From: Spirochaetia bacterium
GTDB taxonomy: Bacteria; Spirochaetota; Spirochaetia; UBA9216
Length of the DNA: 64,000 bases
Assembly (NCBI GenBank): GCA_963677925.2
Contig: CAXXYH010000004.1
Location: 1,024,001 to 1,088,000 of the forward strand
Direction: 5' to 3'
A program made the translations under genes and the position numbers. This document shows, piece after piece, positions 1 through 9,230 of this stretch. The first letter of the stretch is position 1. Every line of letters starts with the position of its first letter. The notes under the pieces are model-generated. The model was not told the DNA's origin and searched no databases. It saw only the letters and a program-made list of their open reading frames with translations.

Positions 1-2238
1 AATGCAACAATATTTTTTCTCGGAAACGGATACATGGGAATCCGGGGCGGCCGGGAGGAAGCTGACGGGTCGGACGGCGCTTCTCACAAGGGTCTGTTTG
101 TTAACGGCTTTTATGAAACGGCACCCCAGATTTACGGCGAGTCAGCCTTCGGGTTTCCGGATAAAAAGCAGGCAATGCTCAATCTTCCTGATCAGACTGA
201 TATATGTTTCTATGTAAACGCCGACCGGTTTTCACTATGTGATGGCGAAATCCTGTCCTACAGCAGAACTCTCGATCTGTCTGAGGGCCTTCTTCTGCGG
301 GATATTAAGTGGAGATCCCCATCGGGAATAATTGTTGAATATAAAAGTACAAGATGTGTTTCTCTTGTCAGACCGCACTGTGCAGTACTTAGTGTTCAGG
401 TTCGTTTATCCGAATCGCACGCGGATATCAGGCTTGTTTCAAAGTCCTGGCTTAAGACGGTTTCTCACCGGGAGGATAAAAGCGATCCGCGAACCGGTGC
501 CGGATTCAGGCATCAGCCGCTTGAACTGCAGGATGTTAAGGATGAAGGCTCATCAATGTCTGCAGAATTCAAAACCCTCAATAGTGGTCTTGTTTTCGCA
601 TGCGCTGCAGGGCATCAGACAGATGAAAACCTCGAGTTTTTGTCCTGTGTAAAAGGTGATAACAGTATAGATTTTACTTTTACCGGAACAGGTATTTCCG
701 GATTCAAAATCGACCGCTTTATAACCTGCTGTACATCCACAGATGTTGATAAATCATCCCCTTTGATTCGGGCAGAAAAAGAACTTGAAGACATACAGAA
801 TGAGGGGGCTGACAGGATAATAAGCGAGCACCGTGAGCATGTTGCCGGATTCTGGGAACGTTCTGATCTGCAGATTGAAGGTGATGATTCTCTGCAGCAG
901 GGAATACGTTTCAACCTTTTTTCGGTGTATCAGTCCGCCGGGCGTGACGGTCGCCGTAATATAGCTGCGAAGGGCTTAAGCGGCGAGGGTTACGAGGGAC
1001 ATTACTTCTGGGATACCGAGATCTATGTTCTGCCCTTTATGTTTTATACAAATCCGGGAATTGCGGGGAAGCTTCTTGAATACCGCTACAGCATTCTTGA
1101 TGCTGCAAGAGCCCGGGCAGAAATTATGAATGAGTCCGGAGCTCTTTTTCCCTGGCGAACTATTAACGGTGAGGAAGCTTCTGCTTATTTTCCTGCAGGA
1201 ACCGCCCAGTATCATATTAACGCCGATATTGCCTATGGGGTACAGAAATATGTCGAGGTTTCAGCAGATTATGATTTTCTAATTACCTGCGGAGCGGAGA
1301 TACTGTTTGAAACCGCCAGGATGTGGATGAGCCTTGGGTTTTTCAGTCCGGAAGGAGACAGCTTTTTTATTAACGGGGTAACCGGGCCGGATGAGTATAC
1401 CGCAATTGTGAACAATAATTTTTTTACAAATATAATGGCTGCTAATAATCTGGAGTATGCGGTAATCACTGCGGATTTTCTGCAGAAGACTGAATCCGGA
1501 AAACTAGGTCAGCTGAGAGAGCGGCTGAAGCTTAAGGTCTCCGAGATTGATGCATGGCGAAGAGCTTTTGAAAATATGTATCTTCCCTATAATGCCGAAC
1601 TTGGCATTTACCGTCAGGATGATGCTTTTCTGCTGAAAGAGATCTGGGATTTTAATACTACACCGGAAGATAAATATCCCCTCCTTCTTCATTTTCATCC
1701 TCTTGTTATCTACCGTCATCAGGTTCTGAAGCAGCCTGATGTTGTTCTTGCTGAATTTCTGCTGGGTAACCGCTTTCCGCCCGAGCAGAAGAAACGCGAT
1801 TTTGATTATTATAATGCTATCACAACCGGAGACTCGTCGCTTGCTCCATGTGTGCAGAGTATAATGGCTTCCGAACTTGGATATTCAGACCTGGCTTACG
1901 ACTACTTTATAAAAACCGCACGTATGGATCTGGATGATGTTAATGGGAATGTTTCAGACGGAGTGCACATTGCTGCAATGGGCGGCACATGGCTTTCTAT
2001 AGTCTGCGGTTTTGCCGGAATGAGAGATTATAACGGCTTTCTTTCGTTTAATCCTGCAATTCCAAAGAGATGGAAGAGTCTTTCATTCCATCTTAAAAAA
2101 GAAGCTGAGGTGCTGGGCCTGCGACTTTCACAGGCAGAGACCGAATATGAACTGCTTGAAGGGTTCAGCATTACTTTCTCGCATAAGGGTGAAGAGTTCA
2201 GGCTTAAATCGGGTGAGTCTGTTGTTATAAAAAACTAA
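1..2238 (+). CDS. GH65 disaccharide phosphorylase (trehalose/maltose/kojibiose phosphorylase family), 5'-truncated by the window edge
   Basis: Frame is open from base 1 (NATIFFLGNGYMGIRG, the GH65 N-terminal motif). Also GYEGHYFWDTE, GVTGPDEY (catalytic Glu region), KQPD and GDSSL. Confidence 0.92.
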   Translation, partial: NATIFFLGNGYMGIRGGREEADGSDGASHKGLFVNGFYETAPQIYGESAFGFPDKKQAMLNLPDQTDICFYVNADRFSLCDGEILSYSRTLDLSEGLLLRDIKWRSPSGIIVEYKSTRCVSLVRPHCAVLSVQVRLSESHADIRLVSKSWLKTVSHREDKSDPRTGAGFRHQPLELQDVKDEGSSMSAEFKTLNSGLVFACAAGHQTDENLEFLSCVKGDNSIDFTFTGTGISGFKIDRFITCCTSTDVDKSSPLIRAEKELEDIQNEGADRIISEHREHVAGFWERSDLQIEGDDSLQQGIRFNLFSVYQSAGRDGRRNIAAKGLSGEGYEGHYFWDTEIYVLPFMFYTNPGIAGKLLEYRYSILDAARARAEIMNESGALFPWRTINGEEASAYFPAGTAQYHINADIAYGVQKYVEVSADYDFLITCGAEILFETARMWMSLGFFSPEGDSFFINGVTGPDEYTAIVNNNFFTNIMAANNLEYAVITADFLQKTESGKLGQLRERLKLKVSEIDAWRRAFENMYLPYNAELGIYRQDDAFLLKEIWDFNTTPEDKYPLLLHFHPLVIYRHQVLKQPDVVLAEFLLGNRFPPEQKKRDFDYYNAITTGDSSLAPCVQSIMASELGYSDLAYDYFIKTARMDLDDVNGNVSDGVHIAAMGGTWLSIVCGFAGMRDYNGFLSFNPAIPKRWKSLSFHLKKEAEVLGLRLSQAETEYELLEGFSITFSHKGEEFRLKSGESVVIKN

Positions 2239-2286
2239 TGCGGTTTTTACTGCAAAATTCATCAGGCTGTATTATGCTGTAAGTAT

Positions 2287-3219
2287 ATGGAAGTTCAGAA
2301 TCCTTCTATCCTGCTGCCTTTCTCTCCTGCTGAAAATGTCCTTGAATCACGTGATTTTTTCATTTACCTCAGACCTGAAACAAACGGTGTAGAGATAGAA
2401 AGTCTTATTATGAGGGCGGCCAGAGAGGAAGAGAACTGCAGGGACCGCTTCAGTCTGGTATATCTGGCAAATTTCCCCGGCGGATTTATCTCGCAAAAGG
2501 GCCTTGTAGAGCATCATTACCGGATAAGACTTCTTTTTGCGCTTAAAGGGAAGTCTCTGTTTACAAAATATATGAAGAAGGTTTTTAAGGCCTATTACCG
2601 TAAATCTTTTGAGAAAGCGGAGATTATAGGCCCATATGACGCAATGAAGCAGCTCGATCTGAGTGAAGAAGAGCTTTTTAACCTCTGGGTGCAGCCTTCG
2701 GATATGCTTGTGATAAACGGCCAGACAATAAAAAGGTATAAAAATATTTTCATTTTAAATTACGATATCCCGGCTCTTCTTAACAGAAATGACCGCCATA
2801 CCGACATTGCTGTTATGGTTTTTCGGACGGCCGGCAATAACGGTGAAATAAGAAACCTTATCGATGCGATTGAATCAAGACTTTCTCAATCAGGTATTAT
2901 AAATACAAAATCTTCCTCTGGAAGGGTTTTTCATTATTCAAAGGGTCCTTTCGAAGAACTGCTGGACAGTACCGGTTTTCTTTATGATACTACCATCAGA
3001 AATATTCCGCTCTCGCAAACTACTTTCGGCAGGTATCTTATTGGAAAGGGCGTGCAGATAAATGAAATTGAGGGCTGCCTCAGGCATCCGATTATGTATT
3101 TCAGAAAAGACGACGGCCGGTTTGTTGAAAATGATATTTATACCTACACAAGGGACCTGAGTTATGATGAAGCCTGGGAAAGGCTTCAGTCGGTTTATGT
3201 TCAAAGATATCTGATTTAA
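2287..3219 (+). CDS. Hypothetical protein with divergent nucleoside-diphosphate-kinase-like motifs
   Basis: 310 aa ORF. FFIYLRPE, LVEHHY and GRVFHYSKGPFE resemble the NDK motifs TF..IKPD, L..HY and GRN.IHGSDS. Confidence 0.6.
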   Translation: MEVQNPSILLPFSPAENVLESRDFFIYLRPETNGVEIESLIMRAAREEENCRDRFSLVYLANFPGGFISQKGLVEHHYRIRLLFALKGKSLFTKYMKKVFKAYYRKSFEKAEIIGPYDAMKQLDLSEEELFNLWVQPSDMLVINGQTIKRYKNIFILNYDIPALLNRNDRHTDIAVMVFRTAGNNGEIRNLIDAIESRLSQSGIINTKSSSGRVFHYSKGPFEELLDSTGFLYDTTIRNIPLSQTTFGRYLIGKGVQINEIEGCLRHPIMYFRKDDGRFVENDIYTYTRDLSYDEAWERLQSVYVQRYLI

Positions 3220-3220
3220 T

Positions 3221-3254
3221 AAAAAGAACCCCTCCCTGTTGGTGAGGGAGGGGT
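3221..3254. terminator. Intrinsic terminator between convergent genes (U-tract on the hsp20 strand)
   Basis: Stem acccctccct / agggaggggt, preceded by an A-run on the + strand. Confidence 0.75.
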
Positions 3255-3278
3255 CTGGAGGGGGAGGATCTGTGAAGA

Positions 3279-3728
3279 CTATTTAGCCTTTATTGTAATT
3301 GTTTTGGGCTGAGCCTTGGGGATCTTTCTGATATCAAGAACCAGAAGTCCATCCTTGAATAGTGCTTCTATATTATCTTTATCCGCCTCTTTAGGCAGGA
3401 CAAATGTTCTGGTGAAACTTCTGCTGTTTCTTTCTCTGATAAGAAATTTCACTTCTTCTTTTTCTTCAGATTTCTTTTCAACTTCTGCATTTTCTGAAGC
3501 GGAAATCGTCAGCAGATTATTGTCGATTTTAATTTCAACATCGTCTTTTCCATATCCCGGAAGTTCTACACTCAGTTCGTATCCGCCTTCTTTTTCTACC
3601 ACGTCTACGGCGGGGAATCTGGATGCTTTATAGCTGCTGCTGTTTGGAGTAAATAATGAATCCATCATCTTGTCCATCTCATTAAAAATACTCATTGTTT
3701 TTGGTCTGTATGTTGTTATTGCTGTCAT
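3279..3728 (-). CDS. Small heat shock protein, Hsp20/alpha-crystallin family
   Basis: PAVDVVE, VELPG, ER..RSFTRTFVLP, FKDGLLVLDI motifs. AGGAG RBS upstream. Confidence 0.95.
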   Translation of the reverse strand: MTAITTYRPKTMSIFNEMDKMMDSLFTPNSSSYKASRFPAVDVVEKEGGYELSVELPGYGKDDVEIKIDNNLLTISASENAEVEKKSEEKEEVKFLIRERNSRSFTRTFVLPKEADKDNIEALFKDGLLVLDIRKIPKAQPKTITIKAK

Positions 3729-3770
3729 TTTACGACTCCTTAATTGTTTTCGTTTTTACATTTACTATAA

Positions 3771-3786
3771 AGCATAAGCCGTGCCA
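3771..3786 (-). promoter_or_regulatory. Sigma54 (-24/-12) promoter for hsp20
   Basis: Minus strand reads TGGCACGGCTTATGCT: exact GG-N10-GC spacing and one mismatch to TGGCACG-N4-TTGCW, ~43 nt upstream of the start codon. Confidence 0.75.
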
Positions 3787-3964
3787 AAAATTATAAAAAT
3801 GAGAACAAATAAGTTTAAAAAGCCAAATATTCCGGGAATACGCCTGGCTGAGGCTGAAATGGACGAGTTTGCGGGCTTTTTTATTCATTTTTAAGCCTGA
3901 TAGACACAGATTTTTGAATAATGTACAAATATTGAACAATAGTTTATCAATACAAATGCTATAA

Positions 3965-4020
3965 TGTGTCATTATGACATTGGTAGCGCAGATTGACCTA
4001 TGGCTGTGTCGAAATGACCC
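3965..4020. promoter_or_regulatory. Pair of dyad boxes, candidate enhancer (UAS) for a sigma54 activator
   Basis: TGTGTCattaTGACat (3965-3980) and TGTGTCgaaaTGACcc (4005-4020), 40 bp apart and ~180-230 bp upstream of the sigma54 box. Confidence 0.5.
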
Positions 4021-4066
4021 ATTCGATGAATTAAGCTATGCAAAATGGGCCATCATTTCTCCCTGC

Positions 4067-4095
4067 TTGCTGATATATAGCATAAAGAGTATAAT
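4067..4095 (+). promoter_or_regulatory. Sigma70-type promoter giving a probable leaderless helicase mRNA
   Basis: TTGCTG-N17-TATAAT, 6 nt before ATG 4102. No SD sequence. Confidence 0.6.
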
Positions 4096-4101
4096 TGCTG
4101 C

Positions 4102-5841
4102 ATGAAATTTGAAGAATTAAATCTACATGAAGACATCATGACGGGCATCAGAGACGCCGGATTTACTGAATGCATGCCCGCACAGGAAAAAACTTTCAAG
4201 GCCGTATTTGAAGGCAAAGATGTCACCGTACAGTCACAGACAGGAACAGGAAAAACAGCGGCCTTCCTCATTTCCATTTATCAGTTATTTTTATCAGACA
4301 GCGTTGAAAAGAAAAAAGCATTGATCATTGTCCCTACCAGAGAATTAGCCGTACAGATTGAAGAGGAATCTGAAATTTTGGGAAAAGCGCTGCAATATAA
4401 AACAGTAAGTATCTACGGCGGAGTAGGATATAAAAAACAGCTTGAAAATCTCAAAGCCGGTGCTGATCTGGTTGTCGGAACACCCGGAAGACTTCTGGAT
4501 CTTGAGAAGTCGAACAGTATAAATTTTAAGGAATTCGGAGTTCTTGTTATTGATGAAGCTGACAGGCTATTTGATATGGGTTTTCTCCCTGATTTAAGGA
4601 AGATGCTCAGGCGGATGCCGCCGCCGGCAGAAAGACGTACTATGCTTTTCAGTGCTACACTGAATACCAGAGTGCTCAATCTTGCATGGGATCAGATGAA
4701 TGAATATGAAGAGATTAAAATTGAGCCTGAAAAGATGACTGTAGAGGAAATCAGTCAGGAACTATATCACGTTGCCTCTCATGAAAAATTCAATCTTCTG
4801 CTTGGTATTTTAAAAAAAGAATCTTTTGAGAATATGATTATATTCTGTAATACAAAGCACAAGGCTGTAGAGGTTGCGAAGCGTCTTGAGGTTAACGGCT
4901 ACAAATGTAAATTCCTTATGGGTGATTTGCCCCAGAAGAAAAGGCTGGAAGTCATTCAAAGCATGAAAGCTGGTAACATTCAGATTCTTGTTGCTACCGA
5001 TGTTGCAGCAAGAGGACTCCATGTTGATGATCTTCCTGTTGTAATTAACTATGACCTGCCTGAAGATTATGAAAACTATGTTCACCGAATCGGCCGAACA
5101 GCAAGAGCCGGAAAATCAGGCAGGGCAATCTCACTTGCATGTGAACAGTATGTTTTCCATCTCCCTGCAATTGAAGGCTATATCGGCGATAAGATATCTG
5201 TAATGATTGCAGATGATGATTTATTTGCTGAAGATGCCAGTGCTGATATGAAATTTAATACCAGAATTTATGATGATGAACGCAGAGGCGGCGGATCCAG
5301 AAACAGCAGCCAGCGTAACAGTAGAAATTCCGGACGACGAAATGATTCAAGGGGCGGACGCTCCGGCAGCGGAGGTGGAGGTGATCGACGCAGACGTGAA
5401 GGCTCAGATCGTCCCAGACCCGAAGGGCAGAGAAGAACACCTGAACGAAGCGGTTCCACATCAGGCTATAAAGAAAGAGAAAAAGCAGCGGGTTCCCGAC
5501 CCGGTAACAGGCACAGCGGAAACGGAACCGGCAGCGGGAAAAAAAATTATAACCGAAGAGGCCCGGAGAATAAGAAGAGAGACTTTGTTAAAAAACCCGA
5601 ATCTTCTTCAAGCATGGAAGACAGACTTGCTTACTACAAGGCTAAATACGGTGAAGATTTTAAACCCTCCGAGGAGATGATGAAAAAGTCAGGAGTAAAA
5701 TCAACTCCGAAAAAATCTACTCCAAAGAAATCAGCTCCGAAAAAAAATATGCAGAAGAAACCGGCTGCTCCTGCACCGTCTTCACCGGCAGTACCTGAGA
5801 AAACAGGTTTTTTCAAAAAACTTTTCGGCAAAAAAAAGTAA
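4102..5841 (+). CDS. rhlB: DEAD-box RNA helicase, RhlB-like, with a long basic disordered C-terminal tail
   Basis: SQTGTGKT, PTRELA, TPGRL, DEAD, SAT and HRIGRTAR motifs. RhlB-like segments RRMPP..R..MLFSATL and SLACEQYVFHLPAIEGYIG. Confidence 0.85.
   Translation: MKFEELNLHEDIMTGIRDAGFTECMPAQEKTFKAVFEGKDVTVQSQTGTGKTAAFLISIYQLFLSDSVEKKKALIIVPTRELAVQIEEESEILGKALQYKTVSIYGGVGYKKQLENLKAGADLVVGTPGRLLDLEKSNSINFKEFGVLVIDEADRLFDMGFLPDLRKMLRRMPPPAERRTMLFSATLNTRVLNLAWDQMNEYEEIKIEPEKMTVEEISQELYHVASHEKFNLLLGILKKESFENMIIFCNTKHKAVEVAKRLEVNGYKCKFLMGDLPQKKRLEVIQSMKAGNIQILVATDVAARGLHVDDLPVVINYDLPEDYENYVHRIGRTARAGKSGRAISLACEQYVFHLPAIEGYIGDKISVMIADDDLFAEDASADMKFNTRIYDDERRGGGSRNSSQRNSRNSGRRNDSRGGRSGSGGGGDRRRREGSDRPRPEGQRRTPERSGSTSGYKEREKAAGSRPGNRHSGNGTGSGKKNYNRRGPENKKRDFVKKPESSSSMEDRLAYYKAKYGEDFKPSEEMMKKSGVKSTPKKSTPKKSAPKKNMQKKPAAPAPSSPAVPEKTGFFKKLFGKKK
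5698..5742 (+). repeat. Three imperfect 15-bp coding repeats (KSTPK/KSTPK/KSAPK)
   Basis: aaatcaactccgaaa aaatctactccaaag aaatcagctccgaaa. Confidence 0.7.
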
Positions 5842-5874
5842 AAATACATTGTTAATCCGTATTATAATCAACGG

Positions 5875-7422
5875 ATGAATACAGAAAAGAAATACATTAT
5901 AGCTGTGGATGCCGGGTCAACGGGTATCCGCAGTATCCTTTTTAATAAATCCGGTGTGATTGTTAAGCGGGAGTATGAAAAAACTCCTGCTGAGCATCCG
6001 GAACCCGGAGCCACCGAGCATGATCCGCAGCTTCTATGGAAAGCCCTTGTAGATACAGTTAATTCAATCTTTGCCGACGGCAGTGTCAAGCCTGAAGAAG
6101 TGGCCGCAATCGGAATAACCAATCAGCGATCCAGTTTCTGTATCTGGGACAGGGAGAGCGGGGAACCTTATACAAAGTTTATTAATTGGCAGGATGTGAG
6201 GGCTGCTGAAACCATTGCCGCAATGAATCGCAACCCTGTCTGGGTTGCGCTTCGGGGCACAATGAAGCTTTTCAGCAGGCTTATAAAAAGTACCATATTG
6301 ATTGCGACATCAATGCTTGTTCTAAATACTGATCATACCATAGGGAAGGTGAGATGGCTTTTCAATGTCAGGCCTGACCTTGAAAAGAAATGCAGATCCG
6401 GTTCGGCGGTTTTCGGGACTATTGATACCTGGTTTATTTACAAGCTGACCGGGGGGAGGAATCATCTCACTGATTACACCAATGCCGCCTCTACTGCAAT
6501 GTTTAACCCATTTGATCTTAAATGGAACAGTATTTATTTGAATATTTTTAAGCTTCCGATGAAAATGCTCCCTGACGTTCTGGATACAAACGGGAACTTC
6601 GGAGTTACTGATAAGGCGCTTTTCGGTGCAGAGATTCCAATAATGGCAGCAGTCGGAGATCAGCAGTCTTCGCTGTTCGGTCATGGATGCTATAACGAGG
6701 GCGATGTTAAATGCTCACTGGGATCCGGCTCCTTTGTCTGCGTAAACGTGGGCAGGAAGGGTAAGGTCTCAAGGCGCGGACTTTTTCCGCTTGTGGCCTG
6801 GGTAATTAACGGTGAACCTACTTACATGCTCGAAGGTCAGGTGGCTACTGCCGGCACACTGATAGACTGGCTTGGTCATGGAATAGGCCTTTCTGATACA
6901 CCTGCTGAGCTGGACAGGCTGGCGGGGGAATGTGAAGATTCAGAAGGCGTTTACTTTGTACCAACTCCTACAGGCATCAGATTTCCGTATTTTGTACCGG
7001 GAGCCAAGGCTTCAATCCTGGGATTGTCGCTGCAGACACACAGAAGACATGTCGCAAGAGCTGTTCTTGAAGGAATAGCATTGAGGGTTGTTGATATCCT
7101 TGAAGGCGTGGAAAAAGATGCTCATACACAGATTAATGAAATAATGACTGACGGCGGGGTCAGTAAATCTGATGTGCTTATGCAGTGTCTTGCCGATTAT
7201 TCAGGCTGCAGGGTTGAGAGGTCTCCCGAGTCGGATATGACGGCTGCCGGAGCTGCGTACCTTGCCGGTCTTTCCTGCGGTTTCTGGGAGGATTACAGGG
7301 AGCTGCTGTCCATGCATCGCGGATATGTAAGTTTTAAACCCTTCATTTCAGAAAAGCAGCGTTATGAAAAGATTCGTCACTGGAAAGAGATACTGAAAGA
7401 ACTTTTGAAGATTAAACTATGA
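5875..7422 (+). CDS. FGGY-family carbohydrate kinase, glycerol kinase 5 (GK5)-like
   Basis: AVDAGSTG, GITNQR, WQD.R, FGTIDTW, TDYTNA, GDQQ and DGG motifs, plus an extra hydrophobic segment after WQD as in animal GK5. Confidence 0.85.
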   Translation: MNTEKKYIIAVDAGSTGIRSILFNKSGVIVKREYEKTPAEHPEPGATEHDPQLLWKALVDTVNSIFADGSVKPEEVAAIGITNQRSSFCIWDRESGEPYTKFINWQDVRAAETIAAMNRNPVWVALRGTMKLFSRLIKSTILIATSMLVLNTDHTIGKVRWLFNVRPDLEKKCRSGSAVFGTIDTWFIYKLTGGRNHLTDYTNAASTAMFNPFDLKWNSIYLNIFKLPMKMLPDVLDTNGNFGVTDKALFGAEIPIMAAVGDQQSSLFGHGCYNEGDVKCSLGSGSFVCVNVGRKGKVSRRGLFPLVAWVINGEPTYMLEGQVATAGTLIDWLGHGIGLSDTPAELDRLAGECEDSEGVYFVPTPTGIRFPYFVPGAKASILGLSLQTHRRHVARAVLEGIALRVVDILEGVEKDAHTQINEIMTDGGVSKSDVLMQCLADYSGCRVERSPESDMTAAGAAYLAGLSCGFWEDYRELLSMHRGYVSFKPFISEKQRYEKIRHWKEILKELLKIKL

Positions 7423-7423
7423 A

Positions 7424-8356
7424 TTAAAAGCGGCAGAACTCTCTGACTGCAGCAGCTACTGCCGCAGTCCTGTTTGAGCCTGCGTTTCTGAATCTGGCGC
7501 GCATGGACCGGGGAGCTTCGTCTACAATCCATCCCGAACCGGCCCATTCGATTAGATCTTCATCGTTATAATCATTTCCAATGGCAAGACATTCTGATGG
7601 TCCGAGCTTGAAACGTTTTGCAAAGCGTTCTGCTGCAGCGGATTTTGAGACATTTCTGCTGAAAACCTCTACCCAGATGCTTTGGTTATCTATTGGTGAT
7701 GTAGTTCTGATTACTGAAGCCTGTGGAAGTGATTCACGCAATCTTGAGACTTCTGCTTCCGGAAGGTTTTTATCTTCAGGTTCGGTGAATGGCAGAATTC
7801 CTAAAAGCTGGCAGGGACCGCTGCTGCAGTGCTGCTGAATCGTCTCCAGCTCCGTAAGGTCTCCTTCGGGGCTTATTCCTGCAGAAAAATCCCTGTAAGC
7901 GTTGATTCTGCGGTAAAAATCCGGGTTTACAAATCCATTCGCCTTGATATAGATCATATGATGGTTATCCGGAACAGGTTTGTGGATCATAAAATCGATT
8001 CCATCGTTGAAGAATCTTTCTGCCGCGCTGAATGCTGTTTCCGGATCAAGATTCGTTGATTCAATCAGGCGGTAATTCAGCTCTGAAGTGTTTTTCTCGA
8101 AATCATCCATATTCAGCACACCTGCACCGGAAGAAAATATAATGTAATCAGTATAGCTTTGAAGCAGCGGTGAAAAACCGGCGGCTGCCCGCTGAATTGA
8201 AAACAGATTTCTTCCGGTGGCAATGACTGCAAGGTAGCCTGCATCCCGGGCCTTCTGCAGGGTATTGATGTCATCAGGGTGTATCCTGCGATCAGGGCCG
8301 AAAAGAGTTCCGTCAAAATCCAGGAATATAATCCCTTTTGGTTCAGAAGATTTCAT
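7424..8356 (-). CDS. HAD-superfamily Cof-type phosphatase
   Basis: DFDGTL, IATGR, VSKS and IGNDYND (HAD motifs I-IV). Overlaps the kinase gene by 14 bp. Confidence 0.88.
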   Translation of the reverse strand: MKSSEPKGIIFLDFDGTLFGPDRRIHPDDINTLQKARDAGYLAVIATGRNLFSIQRAAAGFSPLLQSYTDYIIFSSGAGVLNMDDFEKNTSELNYRLIESTNLDPETAFSAAERFFNDGIDFMIHKPVPDNHHMIYIKANGFVNPDFYRRINAYRDFSAGISPEGDLTELETIQQHCSSGPCQLLGILPFTEPEDKNLPEAEVSRLRESLPQASVIRTTSPIDNQSIWVEVFSRNVSKSAAAERFAKRFKLGPSECLAIGNDYNDEDLIEWAGSGWIVDEAPRSMRARFRNAGSNRTAAVAAAVREFCRF

Positions 8357-9230
8357 AACTTGTTGTAGTAACCGGGGCTCTCAGGTTGTCGAGAACGCTT
8401 TCAAGAAGTACACCCTCGCGAAGCGGGTATTCATGGCCGAAGCTTGCGCGAATTGCCTGAGAGACAAACTGAACGCCGCGATCCATTGCTATGGGAAGGC
8501 TGTTCCCGTGAAGCAGACTTCCGGTTATGACGCTGGTAAATATATCTCCGGTTCCCGGGAAATAGGCAGGTATATAGGTACACTGAACCTCCCAGAATCT
8601 ATCGGCCTTTTTTTCATATCCCGCGACAGAGGTTGATTCAGGTCTTCCTGCAACAGGAATACTTGTAATTATTACAATTTCCGGTCCGGATTCGGAAAGC
8701 CGTTTTAACCAGGATTTGGTTTTATCCGGGGTAAAGGCTGTCTTTATTTCTTCCGGGTTTTCATCCAGAAGCAGGGCTGCTTCTGTTATATTCGGTGTAA
8801 TGACATGTGCTTTTTTTACAAGATTTTTCATCTCTCTTACCATGTCTGCAGATATAGTTGCGTAGCATATGCCGTCATCGCCCAGAACCGGATCGATAAC
8901 GATAATCTGCTCACGGTTTCTGAAGTCGTCAATAAATCTGCCGACAATATCGACCTGAGCCGGAGACCCCAGGAATCCGCTGTATATTGCATCAAAATGA
9001 ATTTCCAGACTCTTCCAATGAGCTATATATTTTTCCATTTCCGGAGTGAAGTCGACAAAATGATAGCCCTCAAATTCACTTGTATGTGTGGACAGTATAG
9101 CGGTAGGAACCGGGCAAACCTGGATTCCCATTGTCGAGAGAATGGGGATTACTGTAGTTAGTGAAGACCTCCCAAAACCGGAAAGATCATGTATTGCTGC
9201 TGTTCTTGGAACTGGATTTCTGCGGTACAT
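8343..9230 (-). CDS. pdxK: Pyridoxal/pyridoxamine kinase (PdxK family)
   Basis: AAIHDLSGFGRSSL, PTAILSTHT, YSGFLGS, DPVLGDDG, TPNITEA and GTGD motifs. ATG 9230 preferred over TTG 9248. Confidence 0.88.
   Translation of the reverse strand: MYRRNPVPRTAAIHDLSGFGRSSLTTVIPILSTMGIQVCPVPTAILSTHTSEFEGYHFVDFTPEMEKYIAHWKSLEIHFDAIYSGFLGSPAQVDIVGRFIDDFRNREQIIVIDPVLGDDGICYATISADMVREMKNLVKKAHVITPNITEAALLLDENPEEIKTAFTPDKTKSWLKRLSESGPEIVIITSIPVAGRPESTSVAGYEKKADRFWEVQCTYIPAYFPGTGDIFTSVITGSLLHGNSLPIAMDRGVQFVSQAIRASFGHEYPLREGVLLESVLDNLRAPVTTTSYEIF

Noticed and set aside
5270-5680. 136-aa alternate-frame ORF inside the helicase tail
   Set aside because: Explained by low-complexity purine-rich sequence. No independent initiation signal.
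5875-7422. Calling the FGGY kinase glpK
   Set aside because: The DPYFS motif is missing, there is a GK5-like insertion, and there is no glpF/glpD context.
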